The notes under the pieces are model-generated. The model was given only the letters and a program-made list of their open reading frames with translations, searched no databases and was not told the DNA's origin. The translations under genes and the position numbers were made by a program. From the sequence record PP968062.1: DNA of 64,000 nucleotides. One strand, written 5' to 3'. Shown here one piece after another: positions 17,979 through 28,248 of the stretch; position 1 is the stretch's first letter; the number at the start of each line of letters is the position of its first letter.

Positions 17979-18452
17979 TTAAGCAAGGGCCGCCATCCAG
18001 GGCGGTACAACGACCACCATCTCGTTTGGGATATGACCGCTGAATAGTTCTAATGCTTGTTTCACATCAGGCCATTTCAACATGCCGTTTCCGCAACCGA
18101 GCGGGGGTACAACGATCTTCCACTTAGGGTCGATCCCATCTTCTACATCAATGTTGTCGACGATCCATTGAAGACCGTCATTGATGTAGCTTAACTGTGA
18201 ATCATCTTGCCACCGATCTTTAGTCGGGAACATCATGTAACGTTTACCATCATCACCTAGATAGATGGCTGGGTTACCGATTGTGATGATACGGTACTTG
18301 CAGTCATGCTTGTACTTCTGATACAGCTCGGGGAACTTATCGCGAAACCTCTCGGCTAGACCAGTTCCCATTACGCCTCGGGTGTTAACAGTGATAAGGT
18401 AAAGATCCCCAGGCTCTTTAAAGATGTCTTTACCTATTACGAATTCAGCCAT
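17979..18452 (-). CDS. macrodomain ADP-ribose hydrolase (DarG/TARG1-like)
   Basis: ITVNTRGVMGTGLAERF, MMFPTKDRWQDDSQLSYINDGL and PPLGCGNGMLKW match macrodomain signature loops. Confidence 0.85.
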   Translation of the reverse strand: MAEFVIGKDIFKEPGDLYLITVNTRGVMGTGLAERFRDKFPELYQKYKHDCKYRIITIGNPAIYLGDDGKRYMMFPTKDRWQDDSQLSYINDGLQWIVDNIDVEDGIDPKWKIVVPPLGCGNGMLKWPDVKQALELFSGHIPNEMVVVVPPWMAALA

Positions 18453-18521
18453 AGTGAATGGCTCCTTTGCCCTACAAAAATCTAATGGTCATGAGACCAC
18501 AACTCATCAGATTGTGCAAGA

Positions 18522-18686
18522 TTAGGCGAACTCGTTTACCGCCTTTTTTACTGCTATAGTTAGGGTAATTGCAGCGGTTATCATCGCGAGTCCAGCGGTT
18601 GCATATTGGAGCAGTTCACGGTTGTGCGCATACTCGCGTCTGGATTTCTCGTTGTCTTCGTGGGACTTTTTGTGATCGTAGAACAT
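18522..18686 (-). CDS. small protein with C-terminal TM (54 aa)
   Basis: Hand-found: MFYDHKKSHEDNEK...ATAGLAMITAAITLTIAVKKAVNEFA; AAGGA RBS. Confidence 0.55.
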   Translation of the reverse strand: MFYDHKKSHEDNEKSRREYAHNRELLQYATAGLAMITAAITLTIAVKKAVNEFA

Positions 18687-18695
18687 GATGTATCC

Positions 18696-18839
18696 TTAGA
18701 GACCGTTAAAGATCAAAGTGAGAATCAAAGCAACTGCAAAGGTAGCGATTACGCCTTCGAGTGTAATCCAGCTCGGAGGTGTGTTGGGGTCATTACGCTT
18801 TTCACGGGGGAACATTTCTTCCTTAGCTTGTTCTTGCAT
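18696..18839 (-). CDS. small protein with C-terminal TM (47 aa)
   Basis: Hand-found: MQEQAKEEMFPREK...ITLEGVIATFAVALILTLIFNGL; TATATCAC motif at 18873-18880. Confidence 0.5.
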   Translation of the reverse strand: MQEQAKEEMFPREKRNDPNTPPSWITLEGVIATFAVALILTLIFNGL

Positions 18840-18846
18840 AAAGCAC

Positions 18847-19278
18847 CTAATAGAACTGGTTTATTCCCTCTTGTGATATAGGGTTTAAAATGCTTTGAAT
18901 GCAAGGTGGACATTCACGCAGTTCTATAATCAACGCTTCTATGTTACCTTCTTCATTACAATACGTTTGTACATTAGTTATTTCCCCATTTAGACTATTG
19001 AATGCTAGCCTGTGGTGATGATACAGATCTCTGAAGTGCCCTTCAAAGTAACTAGCCGATACCGGATAACGCTGGAGTTCCATTAGGATGTATTGATAAC
19101 CCTTATTGAACTCTTGGGCATTATGGTTGTAAATGAAGTTGTGTTGCAGTTTGATGTATTCAGTTGCCAAAGAGTACAGATGGTTTATTACATCCATGTT
19201 GAGGTCAATGAACCCCTTTAAAGATCCAATATAGTTGTATGACCATACGTGGTCAATACGAAAGAGCACGTTCTGCAT
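18847..19278 (-). CDS. hypothetical protein
   Basis: 143 aa, AGGA RBS, visibly AT-richer than neighbours. Confidence 0.65.
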   Translation of the reverse strand: MQNVLFRIDHVWSYNYIGSLKGFIDLNMDVINHLYSLATEYIKLQHNFIYNHNAQEFNKGYQYILMELQRYPVSASYFEGHFRDLYHHHRLAFNSLNGEITNVQTYCNEEGNIEALIIELRECPPCIQSILNPISQEGINQFY

Positions 19279-19309
19279 ATGGTCCTACCTAAATAAAAAC
19301 CCACCCCAA

Positions 19310-20695
19310 TTAAGGGGTGGGATCTATACCGTCTTCTGTTACTTCGAAACGGTTAATGAAAACGCCCAGCGTTACAATACCGACGTGGCGATTGACTGTG
19401 GCCCCAGCGTCAGCACTCTTACGTTGTTCGTTTACACCTAATAACACACCGTGGTATGTTTTAACCTTGTTATCAGAGATCGTCTGAAATTTGACAGGCA
19501 TCCCAGGATACAGAAGATCCGGATTACCATAAGTCCATTCGAGTTTAATCTCTTGTCCCTGTTTCCTAGCCATATCGCTGTATTGCTTGAACGGGTTAGA
19601 AGTCAACCGATCCTTAGCCCAGCGTACATTATTGAAACCGGTATCCAGATCCTTCATCTTGACTTCAAATAAGTTAGTAGCCCGATCAACGAGCATCTTA
19701 TTATCTTTATCAATAGCAAAGTCCTGGAAAATTTTACGTGCATCACCAAAGCGGAACGAGTTACCGTTCTGAATCTGCTCTGCAAGGCCACTATCAAGCG
19801 AACTAGCGTCACCCGTGGCCAAGACAGTAATGTGTCGCATCGTGTTTCTAAACGTCTTTTCGGCGCCTTTATAGCGGTCGTTAGGAACGTTGATCAGGTT
19901 GAGTACTTTCGTATTCTTACCGTATCGAGTTGTATCGTAAAGAGGATAGAAATAGATGATCTGGTTCTGGATATATCGACCCATTCCAGTTGCATAGATT
20001 CCACCTTCTTTATCTTGAAGGAACCTGTGAACATCCTTCAGAGGCATCCCATCGGGAATGATAATTTGGTTACGTTCTTCTTGGCTATAACCATCGGCTA
20101 CATCCATAGCAATTAAACGTTGATCATCTGCCCCACCTACCAATTGACCAAACTGAGTCCAGATAGACTGCAAGGCATTCATGGTAGTTGTAATGCGATA
20201 CGTGGTACCGCAGGTAACCATCATCATTTTGTACGTCAGTTCATCTACTAACTGCATCTGAACTTTAATCATACCGATTTGGTTCATCGCCTCACGAGAT
20301 TTCAGGTTAGAGTGTTTACCGGATAGTGCCGGGTTATCATCACCACTAACAGAAATAAATCCACGATAACGCTTTGTAACAGCCTTACGTTCAACATCAC
20401 GTGTAGAGATAGTATCGAGCAGAGGAAGCTCGGACAAATCCACCTGTAGATTATCACGGTAAGGAACGATGTCATGAACGTAGTCACCATAACCGATCAG
20501 AAATTGCACTTCACGAAAATCACCTAACTGGCCACTCCCATAGTCCCTCTGTAAATACAGAAAATCGAGACGGATGGGAGTAATCCATTTTTTGTTAGCG
20601 AGGATCTTAATCTCATTACGGAAGTTAGCGTAGCTTTCGCCGATCTCAGTTACCTGCTCTACTTCACGCATTAATAGCGTGCTATCGACAGACAT
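19310..20695 (-). CDS. virion protein, probable baseplate hub (phiKZ gp101-like)
   Basis: 461 aa; size and synteny; C-terminal LLYPGMPVKF...YHGVLLGV pattern typical of hub proteins; terminator at 19295-19321. Confidence 0.6.
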   Translation of the reverse strand: MSVDSTLLMREVEQVTEIGESYANFRNEIKILANKKWITPIRLDFLYLQRDYGSGQLGDFREVQFLIGYGDYVHDIVPYRDNLQVDLSELPLLDTISTRDVERKAVTKRYRGFISVSGDDNPALSGKHSNLKSREAMNQIGMIKVQMQLVDELTYKMMMVTCGTTYRITTTMNALQSIWTQFGQLVGGADDQRLIAMDVADGYSQEERNQIIIPDGMPLKDVHRFLQDKEGGIYATGMGRYIQNQIIYFYPLYDTTRYGKNTKVLNLINVPNDRYKGAEKTFRNTMRHITVLATGDASSLDSGLAEQIQNGNSFRFGDARKIFQDFAIDKDNKMLVDRATNLFEVKMKDLDTGFNNVRWAKDRLTSNPFKQYSDMARKQGQEIKLEWTYGNPDLLYPGMPVKFQTISDNKVKTYHGVLLGVNEQRKSADAGATVNRHVGIVTLGVFINRFEVTEDGIDPTP

Positions 20696-21267
20696 TATTC
20701 GGCCTCCACAACGTAACGCTCAATCTGATCAACGATAGATACGTAAGGTTTCAACTTACCATCAACTTCAGCACGACCTTGCAACCACTTGTTAGTAGAT
20801 GCCAGGTTCCGACGACGGTTCATTGCTACCAGAGAGTCAAAGATTTGACTACGTACGTCTTCACGCGGTTCCAGCTTCTTAGCCAGTTCGTATACCTCAA
20901 TTGCCAAAGCTTCGAATAAACGAAGATCTTCAATTGGAGGGAATCCATCTGGATGTGCATGGAATAGAGTTTGTTCACGCCAGTCACCCAGATGCTTCTG
21001 AATATCAGAATAGATCTGAGCGCAGTCTTTATAGTTAACCAGGCCAACCGTGTAACCTTCACCTAGTAACATTGCCATGCCAGCCGCAGTCTGTTGACCG
21101 CGGGACATGTGCATTGCCCGTTCCCGGTCGACTTGTTTGTCGCCAGTTACGTTGATGTGGTTATTACGGAGGTAGTTGGTACTATAAGCTGCAAGGTCTG
21201 GGACAACAACTTCATAGCGGAGATGGAACAAACGCCATGCCGCAGTGTATCGTTCACAGAGTTGCAT
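20695..21267 (-). CDS. conserved jumbo-phage protein (phiKZ gp100-like)
   Basis: 190 aa, coupled to neighbours; synteny. Confidence 0.65.
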   Translation of the reverse strand: MQLCERYTAAWRLFHLRYEVVVPDLAAYSTNYLRNNHINVTGDKQVDRERAMHMSRGQQTAAGMAMLLGEGYTVGLVNYKDCAQIYSDIQKHLGDWREQTLFHAHPDGFPPIEDLRLFEALAIEVYELAKKLEPREDVRSQIFDSLVAMNRRRNLASTNKWLQGRAEVDGKLKPYVSIVDQIERYVVEAE

Positions 21268-21273
21268 TGGAGA

Positions 21274-22680
21274 TTACCTCGTTGCGTATTTAAGTAGAGC
21301 AATCAGGACAGGGTGATAATAGAAGCGTTCCAAGTTATCCCAAGAGAGGCAGCACTTAGTAACTTTCCTCAACTGGTTCATGTCCATCGGTTTGCGGTTG
21401 ATCATTTGCCAAGCTAGCATTTCCAACTTTGTTTGTAGCTTAGCGTCTTCGGTGTAGAATGCTTCGGTGAATACGTAGAAGTTATCACGTACTACTGGAG
21501 CGATATCAGCTGGTCGATCCCAAGCACTATCTTGTTTGATAGTGTTCGGGTCAGCACGCTTGAACCATTCAAGATCTCGTTCTTCCTGAGTCTTGTATGG
21601 CGTCTGTGGACGACGGGGTTGTCCTTCATGGAAAGGAATACCTTCCGGACGAGCACGGTCTTCACCATCGTACTGGGAGTCTACATCAGTAGGAGCATCC
21701 ATCGGGAATACGAAACGTGGGATACCGGTATAACCGATAGCTTGAAGTTCAGGACGCCAGCGAGAGATTCGTGTAGCTACAAGATGAGCGCGCTCAGTAG
21801 AACCACACAGACGTGTAGCGTCTTGCCGGAGAATAGCATCCCACACAGTAGGCTGTTTCATTACCGGTTCAGACATCACGTTCAGAAGCTTAACGTTCAT
21901 CATCCGACGGTCAGCTTTCATATCAACCATCATTATCATTGCTTTAGTAACGAAGTGGTCGTATGTCTTCATCAGCTGATCCGGTACAAGGAACGTACTG
22001 TGCTCAACAGAGAAGAAGTCACTGATATAACGACGGATGATTTCTTTACGGAGAGCAACGAAGTCTTTCTGATCTTGTTGTTCTTGTTCCGTAACGAAAG
22101 GACCGCAACCACTGGTCAGAGAACTGGCCGAGTAGTAATAGGTCAGAATGGTTTTGCGTTCAAGGTCAGCAATCTGTTGTTCAGTCAGTTTGCTAACCAT
22201 CTTCCATTCAATGGCGTAAGTCGAATCACGCAGGAAGGTTTCACGACGAGCAGCCGTGATAGTAAACAGACCCAGTACGCCGTCACCGATGTTACCGATG
22301 AACATGTCTCCGACGTTAGGTACTAGGAACGGATACGTGTGACCAGCACCAGTTACCGAGAACGTACGAATGCGTTCATCCTGAGAGATATCCAGAGACT
22401 GGTTTACTTTCAGGTCCATTCCTTTAATGCAGCGATACTGCTGATAAGGAGGCTGACGGTGCAGGGCTAGCGGAGTCGGTTCTTGAGTCGTGTCCAGAAC
22501 CTGAGAGAAGTACGTGACGTTCCAGTTAGAGCCGTTGATCCATGCAAGCATAGAACTCTTCGGTACGAACTTGGTGTCAATGGCAATACCCCTATAAACA
22601 TCGGGACGTGCTTTAACTTCGATCGGGTTAACTTCTGGACTCTGAGGAGCGACTTCTTCCTCGTCTACAAAAAGAGACAT
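21274..22680 (-). CDS. virion structural protein (phiKZ gp99-like)
   Basis: 468 aa; synteny. Confidence 0.65.
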   Translation of the reverse strand: MSLFVDEEEVAPQSPEVNPIEVKARPDVYRGIAIDTKFVPKSSMLAWINGSNWNVTYFSQVLDTTQEPTPLALHRQPPYQQYRCIKGMDLKVNQSLDISQDERIRTFSVTGAGHTYPFLVPNVGDMFIGNIGDGVLGLFTITAARRETFLRDSTYAIEWKMVSKLTEQQIADLERKTILTYYYSASSLTSGCGPFVTEQEQQDQKDFVALRKEIIRRYISDFFSVEHSTFLVPDQLMKTYDHFVTKAMIMMVDMKADRRMMNVKLLNVMSEPVMKQPTVWDAILRQDATRLCGSTERAHLVATRISRWRPELQAIGYTGIPRFVFPMDAPTDVDSQYDGEDRARPEGIPFHEGQPRRPQTPYKTQEERDLEWFKRADPNTIKQDSAWDRPADIAPVVRDNFYVFTEAFYTEDAKLQTKLEMLAWQMINRKPMDMNQLRKVTKCCLSWDNLERFYYHPVLIALLKYATR

Positions 22681-22682
22681 CG

Positions 22683-24368
22683 TTAACTCCTAATGTCGGA
22701 AATGATGTGTGCAAACAATACGTTCAATGGACCGACTTTATGTTGATCTATATAACCACCACCTGGTCCAACTTCTGCAATGATCTTGTCTTGCTCTTCA
22801 CGAGCTTTAGCAATATCACCCCATTTCACGATACCACGTTTAAACGTATTAGGTAATTCAGACGTGATAGGTGTAGTACCTTCACCTGGAGCTTCTGGGT
22901 TTTCTGGACGAGGGCCACTTAGGCCCAGTAGTTTCATCTTCTCGATCGGGTTACGACCAATACTAACACGGAACAACCGGAACAGACTCCAACAAGTAGT
23001 TGGATAACGGCGAATCATCTCCCAGTACTTATCATGGATACCATAGAAGTTCTTAGAGAGACTGATTTGGATGTGGTAATACTTCAGCGGATCTAATGGG
23101 AATGTTGTTCTCAGAAGAGTAGTTCCAGGATCAATCGTCATCGGTACACGTAACCGTTCGTTATTTTGGTACAGACGGATTTCAAAGAAAGAACCATCTG
23201 CAATTGCAGCTGTTCCTAATGTCTTAATAAACTCAAGCCAATACGGGTTGAATGTAAACCGACCTAGGTTCTTGAAGTCCATCAGAGATGTCAGGTCATC
23301 CTTACTCAAACACAGCAGTCCGTTAAAGAACGTGAAGCGGTGAATAGGAATCTGATCGGTATGCCAATCATCGACATCTGGATGTTGAATGTAGGGCAGC
23401 CCCATGTCACGCATCAGAAGGAACTGATGGTCAAGGGTACCACGCAGAGAAGTTGTCTTACGATCAACAGCCTGATAGTTCTGATAACGATATTCAGGAC
23501 GGAAGATCTTCGGGATCACACACTGGTTCATCAGCATCGGGTAAGATACCCGCATGTGAGTTGGCCGCTCGTAACGACAGAGATAACTGAAGTTAACAGT
23601 GTAGCCACCAGCATTGTCAGAAGACTTCTGTGGAGTATCAGGAGACGAACTGAAATCGAACCAACCTACCACGTCAACTTGTCGTTCGTAGATAGTCAGC
23701 GTCGGATGGGTATCGATAAGAGTAGCCATCTCAGTCTGCGGTTGGCACCAATGAGCTTCCATCCATTCTTGGAAGGATTGATCACTTGGCCAATTAGACT
23801 TCTGCATCGTATCGTACAGACCTTTCATAAGGCCCAGTAGAGACGGAGGAACGTTGTAGTGATAAGTCAACGACATAGTCATCTCAGCACCACCAGCAGA
23901 ACAACGAATACGTTGATCGTCTAACCAGCGTTGAGCCAGTACTACGTTAGGTGCCTGATACTCGATGTCAATCCTGAAATCAACAAAGCGTCGAATAGGA
24001 CGAATTGTAATATCGTGAGTCTCGTCTACAAATAGAGGGAAGTTCTCGTTATTGTAAACAGAGGTGGAAAGAGTAAAGTTCTCTTCCGCTATTTCTTCAT
24101 AGGACACTACAATCCTTTCTTCTGGATCGAAGTGTACTGCGTCAGCTGCATCACAGCAGTTACCGAACATACCGTCGTTCATTGGAACTGTATCGATACG
24201 ACCTGGGAGTAGAACTCTGGTTGCACCGGGTAACTGCATCATGGTAGCAATCTGTCGAACAGCATCAACAGACACCTTCCGCATTACGGTTTCGTATACG
24301 TCTGGCAAGGGGATAGTTGCATGGGGCATGGTAACCACCTCATGGTTTAAGATCATAAGATCCGGCAT
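22683..24368 (-). CDS. virion structural protein (phiKZ gp98-like)
   Basis: 561 aa; synteny. Confidence 0.65.
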   Translation of the reverse strand: MPDLMILNHEVVTMPHATIPLPDVYETVMRKVSVDAVRQIATMMQLPGATRVLLPGRIDTVPMNDGMFGNCCDAADAVHFDPEERIVVSYEEIAEENFTLSTSVYNNENFPLFVDETHDITIRPIRRFVDFRIDIEYQAPNVVLAQRWLDDQRIRCSAGGAEMTMSLTYHYNVPPSLLGLMKGLYDTMQKSNWPSDQSFQEWMEAHWCQPQTEMATLIDTHPTLTIYERQVDVVGWFDFSSSPDTPQKSSDNAGGYTVNFSYLCRYERPTHMRVSYPMLMNQCVIPKIFRPEYRYQNYQAVDRKTTSLRGTLDHQFLLMRDMGLPYIQHPDVDDWHTDQIPIHRFTFFNGLLCLSKDDLTSLMDFKNLGRFTFNPYWLEFIKTLGTAAIADGSFFEIRLYQNNERLRVPMTIDPGTTLLRTTFPLDPLKYYHIQISLSKNFYGIHDKYWEMIRRYPTTCWSLFRLFRVSIGRNPIEKMKLLGLSGPRPENPEAPGEGTTPITSELPNTFKRGIVKWGDIAKAREEQDKIIAEVGPGGGYIDQHKVGPLNVLFAHIISDIRS

Positions 24369-24404
24369 AAAGCCCTGCCTTTTTGGGCAGGGCGATATGT
24401 TGTT
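24364..24404. terminator. terminator after the internal head protein array
   Basis: GCCCTGCC/GGCAGGGC stem flanked by GGCATAAA and GATATGTTG. Confidence 0.75.
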
Positions 24405-24406
24405 AC

Positions 24407-26983
24407 TTACAGAGCTTTGCGAACAGCGCCAACGATACCATCAGCCATGTCGAGTGCGTGTTGAGTTGTGAACTTGTACGCATCAACGTGAGCGTGGGAT
24501 ACCTTCAGCATTGCAGAAGCCAGATCGTCGAGATCAGCTTGCTCGTTCCAACCCGATGCACGAGAAGTAGTATCGAATTCACTGGAACCCGTACTCAGAG
24601 CACGGTTACGAGTAACATCAAGATTAATGATGTCATCGATCGCTTTGGAACCAACCGAGTCAGCGAGTTTATCAGCCAGAGCAACGTAAGCCTTAGCCAT
24701 CTTCAGCATGTTAGCCAGATCAGCTTTTGTTACATCGAAGGAAGTAACACGATCAGCTACTTTGACTTTCTTGAACACAGGAACAAGAGTGTAGCCAATA
24801 GCTTCGATACCACTGTCACGACCACGTGCACCTTTCTCGTACTCAATAGCCCAACCACCCATGAGGGCGTTAGCCATGTTTTCCGGATACTTGGCAGGTT
24901 TGATGTTCAGAGCAGTCTTAACCAGCGGACCAGTCTTCTCGTAACCACCTTCGGTAACAGCCTTGTTGATTACACCTACTACTTCTTGCAGAGCACGTTC
25001 AGAGTCTTTGATACCCTTAACAGCGATCTCGGAAGTAACACGCAGGTCTTTAGCAACAGCCTGTACCAGGTTACCATCTTTGGTAGCCAGATCAGCGGAG
25101 ATACCTTTAATGGTTTCACGACCGATGTTGGATTGACTGAGTTTGGTCAGGGCCAGGTCTACATCTTTGTTAAGAGCGTTCGCACGTTTCTTAACTTTAG
25201 TGACCAGAGGACCTTCCCACCATTTGATCAACTTCTCGTTCAGAGCACGCTTCAGGCCAGTAATACGACTAAGGAAACCACGGAAGGATTCCAGCGAGGC
25301 ATTGTAGTACTTGTCGAGATCGTCTTTACCATAGTTTTCCATGGAAGGAATGGCAGGAGCTGCATTACCGAATGCCTTAGCGAGTTCATCCAGTTTAGAC
25401 TGAGTCAGAACCAAAGTCTGAACACTGTAGCTTTCGTTAGACAGACCATACTTCAGGATCTCCATGAAGCCTTCAACAGACTCTTTCTCTCTCTGAAGAT
25501 CTTCGATGGTACGAGAAGCATCAACGGCTTCTTCTTCATCAGCGTTAGCATCTTCTTCAGCTTCGTCTGCTTCTTTTGTGGCTTCGGCTACATCGTCCTC
25601 AGTGACATCAGTGTCAACGTCTTCGATATCCAGTTCACCTTCGTCAAAGTCAGCTTCGCCATCTGCGTCGATTTCTCCATCGGGAGCGTCTTCTTCGATT
25701 TCTTGGAGGACGGGCTCTTCTTCGGTGGATTCACTCTCAGACTCATTTGGAGTCTCATCGGTAGACTCGGGTTCTTCAGCTGGTGCATCTTCAACCTCCG
25801 TCTCAGTTTCGGCAGGAGTCTCTTCTTCGATAACAGGTTCGTCCGCAGGTGTCTCTTCGACTTCTTCAGTCTCAGTAGCACTGGGTTCTTCCAGTTCAAC
25901 CGGCGGTTCTTCCGCAGTAGACTCCTCAACAGGAGTTTCGCTTTCTTCTACAACGGGCTCTTCGAGTTCAGCTTCAGTCTCTGGGACTTGTTCTTCAACC
26001 GGAGTTTCCTCAGCAGGAATATCGGTGCCAGTATCTTCCGCAACTTCCTCAGTGGTCTCTTCAGTCTCAACTACGTCGGCAGCAACTTCTTCCTCGGTAG
26101 TTTCCGCAATTGATTCCTCTACCTGAGGTTCAGATACTTCGCCAGCTTCTTCTTCCAGTTCAGGAGTAGATACACCGTCTACGGGAGCATTAGCGTCGTC
26201 AGTAGCCTCGGGTTCCAGTTCCGGCATTTCTTCCTCTTCGCCACCTAGAGTCTCACCACCTTCAACAGCAGCAGGTTCTTCATTGGTAGCTTCAGGAGCA
26301 GCGTCACCAACATCGCCTACTTCAGACAGATCTGCCGAGGAGGTTTCATCGGTAGCTTCAACCGGAGCCTCAGGAGCTTCACCTATAGTTTCAGCTTCAG
26401 CGGTTTCACCAGCGTCATCAACTGTAGTTTCAGTATTCAAGGATTCGATGTCACCAGTCTGTTCGGAAGCACCGGTTTCACCGGAGTTCTCGATATCAAC
26501 ACCGGAATCACCTTGTTCGTCAGTAGCCGGAGTATTACCGTTTACATCGACATCACCGGACTCGATAGCTTGGGCATCGGAAGCAGCTGCATCAACAGTT
26601 TCTTGTTGAGTGGCTTGGATCTGCTCAGCTTGTTCGGTGAGTTGCTGTACTTCAGCAGCCTGAGCTTGTTCAGCTTGGCTAGCCGCAGCTTCAGCAGCGG
26701 TTTCGTTAGTAGTAGCCATCGGTTCAGGAATGCCAGTAGACTCATCGTTGGTCTCGCCAACGACAGGTTCTTCTACTACTTCCAGATCGCCATCAGGTTT
26801 TACTTCTTCGGTAGGGGTAGCTTGAGCCAGTTCATCACCAGCTTCAACCACATCATTTTCCGGAGTTGCAGATGCTTCTACGTTAGTAGCATCTACAGTT
26901 TCAACAGTCTCGGGCTTGTCTTCGGTGGAGCTCTCATCGAAGTCTTCGAGACTGGTGATATATTTGTGGATGTTCTTCAACAT
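24407..26983 (-). CDS. internal head protein with very long acidic propeptide (phiKZ gp93-gp97 family)
   Basis: 858 aa; E/D/T/A/P-rich to about residue 480; SLE, SVE, SME sites, then globular domain. Confidence 0.75.
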   Translation of the reverse strand: MLKNIHKYITSLEDFDESSTEDKPETVETVDATNVEASATPENDVVEAGDELAQATPTEEVKPDGDLEVVEEPVVGETNDESTGIPEPMATTNETAAEAAASQAEQAQAAEVQQLTEQAEQIQATQQETVDAAASDAQAIESGDVDVNGNTPATDEQGDSGVDIENSGETGASEQTGDIESLNTETTVDDAGETAEAETIGEAPEAPVEATDETSSADLSEVGDVGDAAPEATNEEPAAVEGGETLGGEEEEMPELEPEATDDANAPVDGVSTPELEEEAGEVSEPQVEESIAETTEEEVAADVVETEETTEEVAEDTGTDIPAEETPVEEQVPETEAELEEPVVEESETPVEESTAEEPPVELEEPSATETEEVEETPADEPVIEEETPAETETEVEDAPAEEPESTDETPNESESESTEEEPVLQEIEEDAPDGEIDADGEADFDEGELDIEDVDTDVTEDDVAEATKEADEAEEDANADEEEAVDASRTIEDLQREKESVEGFMEILKYGLSNESYSVQTLVLTQSKLDELAKAFGNAAPAIPSMENYGKDDLDKYYNASLESFRGFLSRITGLKRALNEKLIKWWEGPLVTKVKKRANALNKDVDLALTKLSQSNIGRETIKGISADLATKDGNLVQAVAKDLRVTSEIAVKGIKDSERALQEVVGVINKAVTEGGYEKTGPLVKTALNIKPAKYPENMANALMGGWAIEYEKGARGRDSGIEAIGYTLVPVFKKVKVADRVTSFDVTKADLANMLKMAKAYVALADKLADSVGSKAIDDIINLDVTRNRALSTGSSEFDTTSRASGWNEQADLDDLASAMLKVSHAHVDAYKFTTQHALDMADGIVGAVRKAL

Positions 26984-27078
26984 GTTGTTTACCTTTCTGT
27001 ACAGAATACGAGTAGCGCTGTTCGTCCTAAACGCTACTCATGGACGAAACACTGTTTCAGATTATTGAACGCCATGGC

Positions 27079-28200
27079 TTACTTAATGTTGGCACTGCAT
27101 ACATTAAGAGTAGCGTTAAGATTACGCCCGGCAAGAGCCAAGACACCCAAATAAGGATTAGCAAGCCAATCAATGTAGCGCTCAAGCACTTCAACAAACT
27201 GACGTAGAACTGTTTCATCTACTCCCTCGATTTGGTCATTGGCAACCTGATTACGGATTCCTTTAACAATTGCAAGCATTGCACGGATCCGTTCCTTACG
27301 ACGATGACGAATGTTCATGCCACTAGCACGTCCAAACATTTCAGCCATCTTCTCTACTTGGCGCAATACAGAGATCTGTACAGGACCGCCAAAATGTTGG
27401 AACTTGATCACACTAGGAATCGGAAGCGGGTCACGCTCGGAGTTATCTAGCTTAACGCTGATACCCATCATTCGTTCGTAACCAGTAGCCTCTGGTGCCT
27501 TATCAAGGACGACCATTTGGTAATTACCCATTAGGTGTAGAGACTCATGGCGGTAACCGCGATGGTTGTACAGCGGATTGGATGCAACCATCTTAACAGG
27601 GTTATTCAACATGATGGTTTCAATGAGCTTCTTCAGTTCCTCAGTCGACTTGATAGTGGTAGGGATATGGAATGCAGCTCGAATGAGTTCTTCGTTGTTA
27701 TAGTCAAAGAACTGTTTACCGATTTGTTCTAGGTTCTTTAGGTTTGCAATTAAAGCCTGAACTTCGTTAATAGCCTTATACCGAACACACAGGTTCTGGA
27801 TACGTGTAGCTACTTCGAAGGTAGGTTCCTTAGAACGACGTGCAGTAGTACGAGTGAGCGTACTTAGTTCTTCTACACGGAGAAGGATCTTATCGAAGGC
27901 AAGAGACAATGCAAGACTACCATCAAACATGTCTTCCATGATTCGAGTAAGGAAAGCAATGATCTTATCCAGAATACCGACTACGGTACCTTTAAAGTCT
28001 TCACAACCTAGATCCAGTAGATGAGCTTCTCTTTGGAAAACGGGATAGTTCTCAAATCCACCAATGAGATCGAGAATCCGATTAGCAGTTGCTTCATCTT
28101 TTTCCAGTAGTGCACTAAGAGCCGCAGGAGAATCATCGAATACTACGGTTTCCTCTTGCGGTGGGATTTCCACTTCGAGAGGGATAGTTTGTGTTTCCAT
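27079..28200 (-). CDS. internal head protein paralog
   Basis: GFENY and GCEDFKGTVVGILDKIIAFL processing-site/helix pattern. Confidence 0.65.
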   Translation of the reverse strand: METQTIPLEVEIPPQEETVVFDDSPAALSALLEKDEATANRILDLIGGFENYPVFQREAHLLDLGCEDFKGTVVGILDKIIAFLTRIMEDMFDGSLALSLAFDKILLRVEELSTLTRTTARRSKEPTFEVATRIQNLCVRYKAINEVQALIANLKNLEQIGKQFFDYNNEELIRAAFHIPTTIKSTEELKKLIETIMLNNPVKMVASNPLYNHRGYRHESLHLMGNYQMVVLDKAPEATGYERMMGISVKLDNSERDPLPIPSVIKFQHFGGPVQISVLRQVEKMAEMFGRASGMNIRHRRKERIRAMLAIVKGIRNQVANDQIEGVDETVLRQFVEVLERYIDWLANPYLGVLALAGRNLNATLNVCSANIK

Positions 28201-28248
28201 ATTAACTCCTGAACATAAGACGGGACTCCGAAGAGCCCCGTCGATGTC

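Noticed and set aside
25500-26900. Repetitive-looking DNA that could suggest a repeat array or CRISPR
   Set aside because: No fixed-length identical repeats with unique spacers; explained by Glu/Thr/Pro-rich coding
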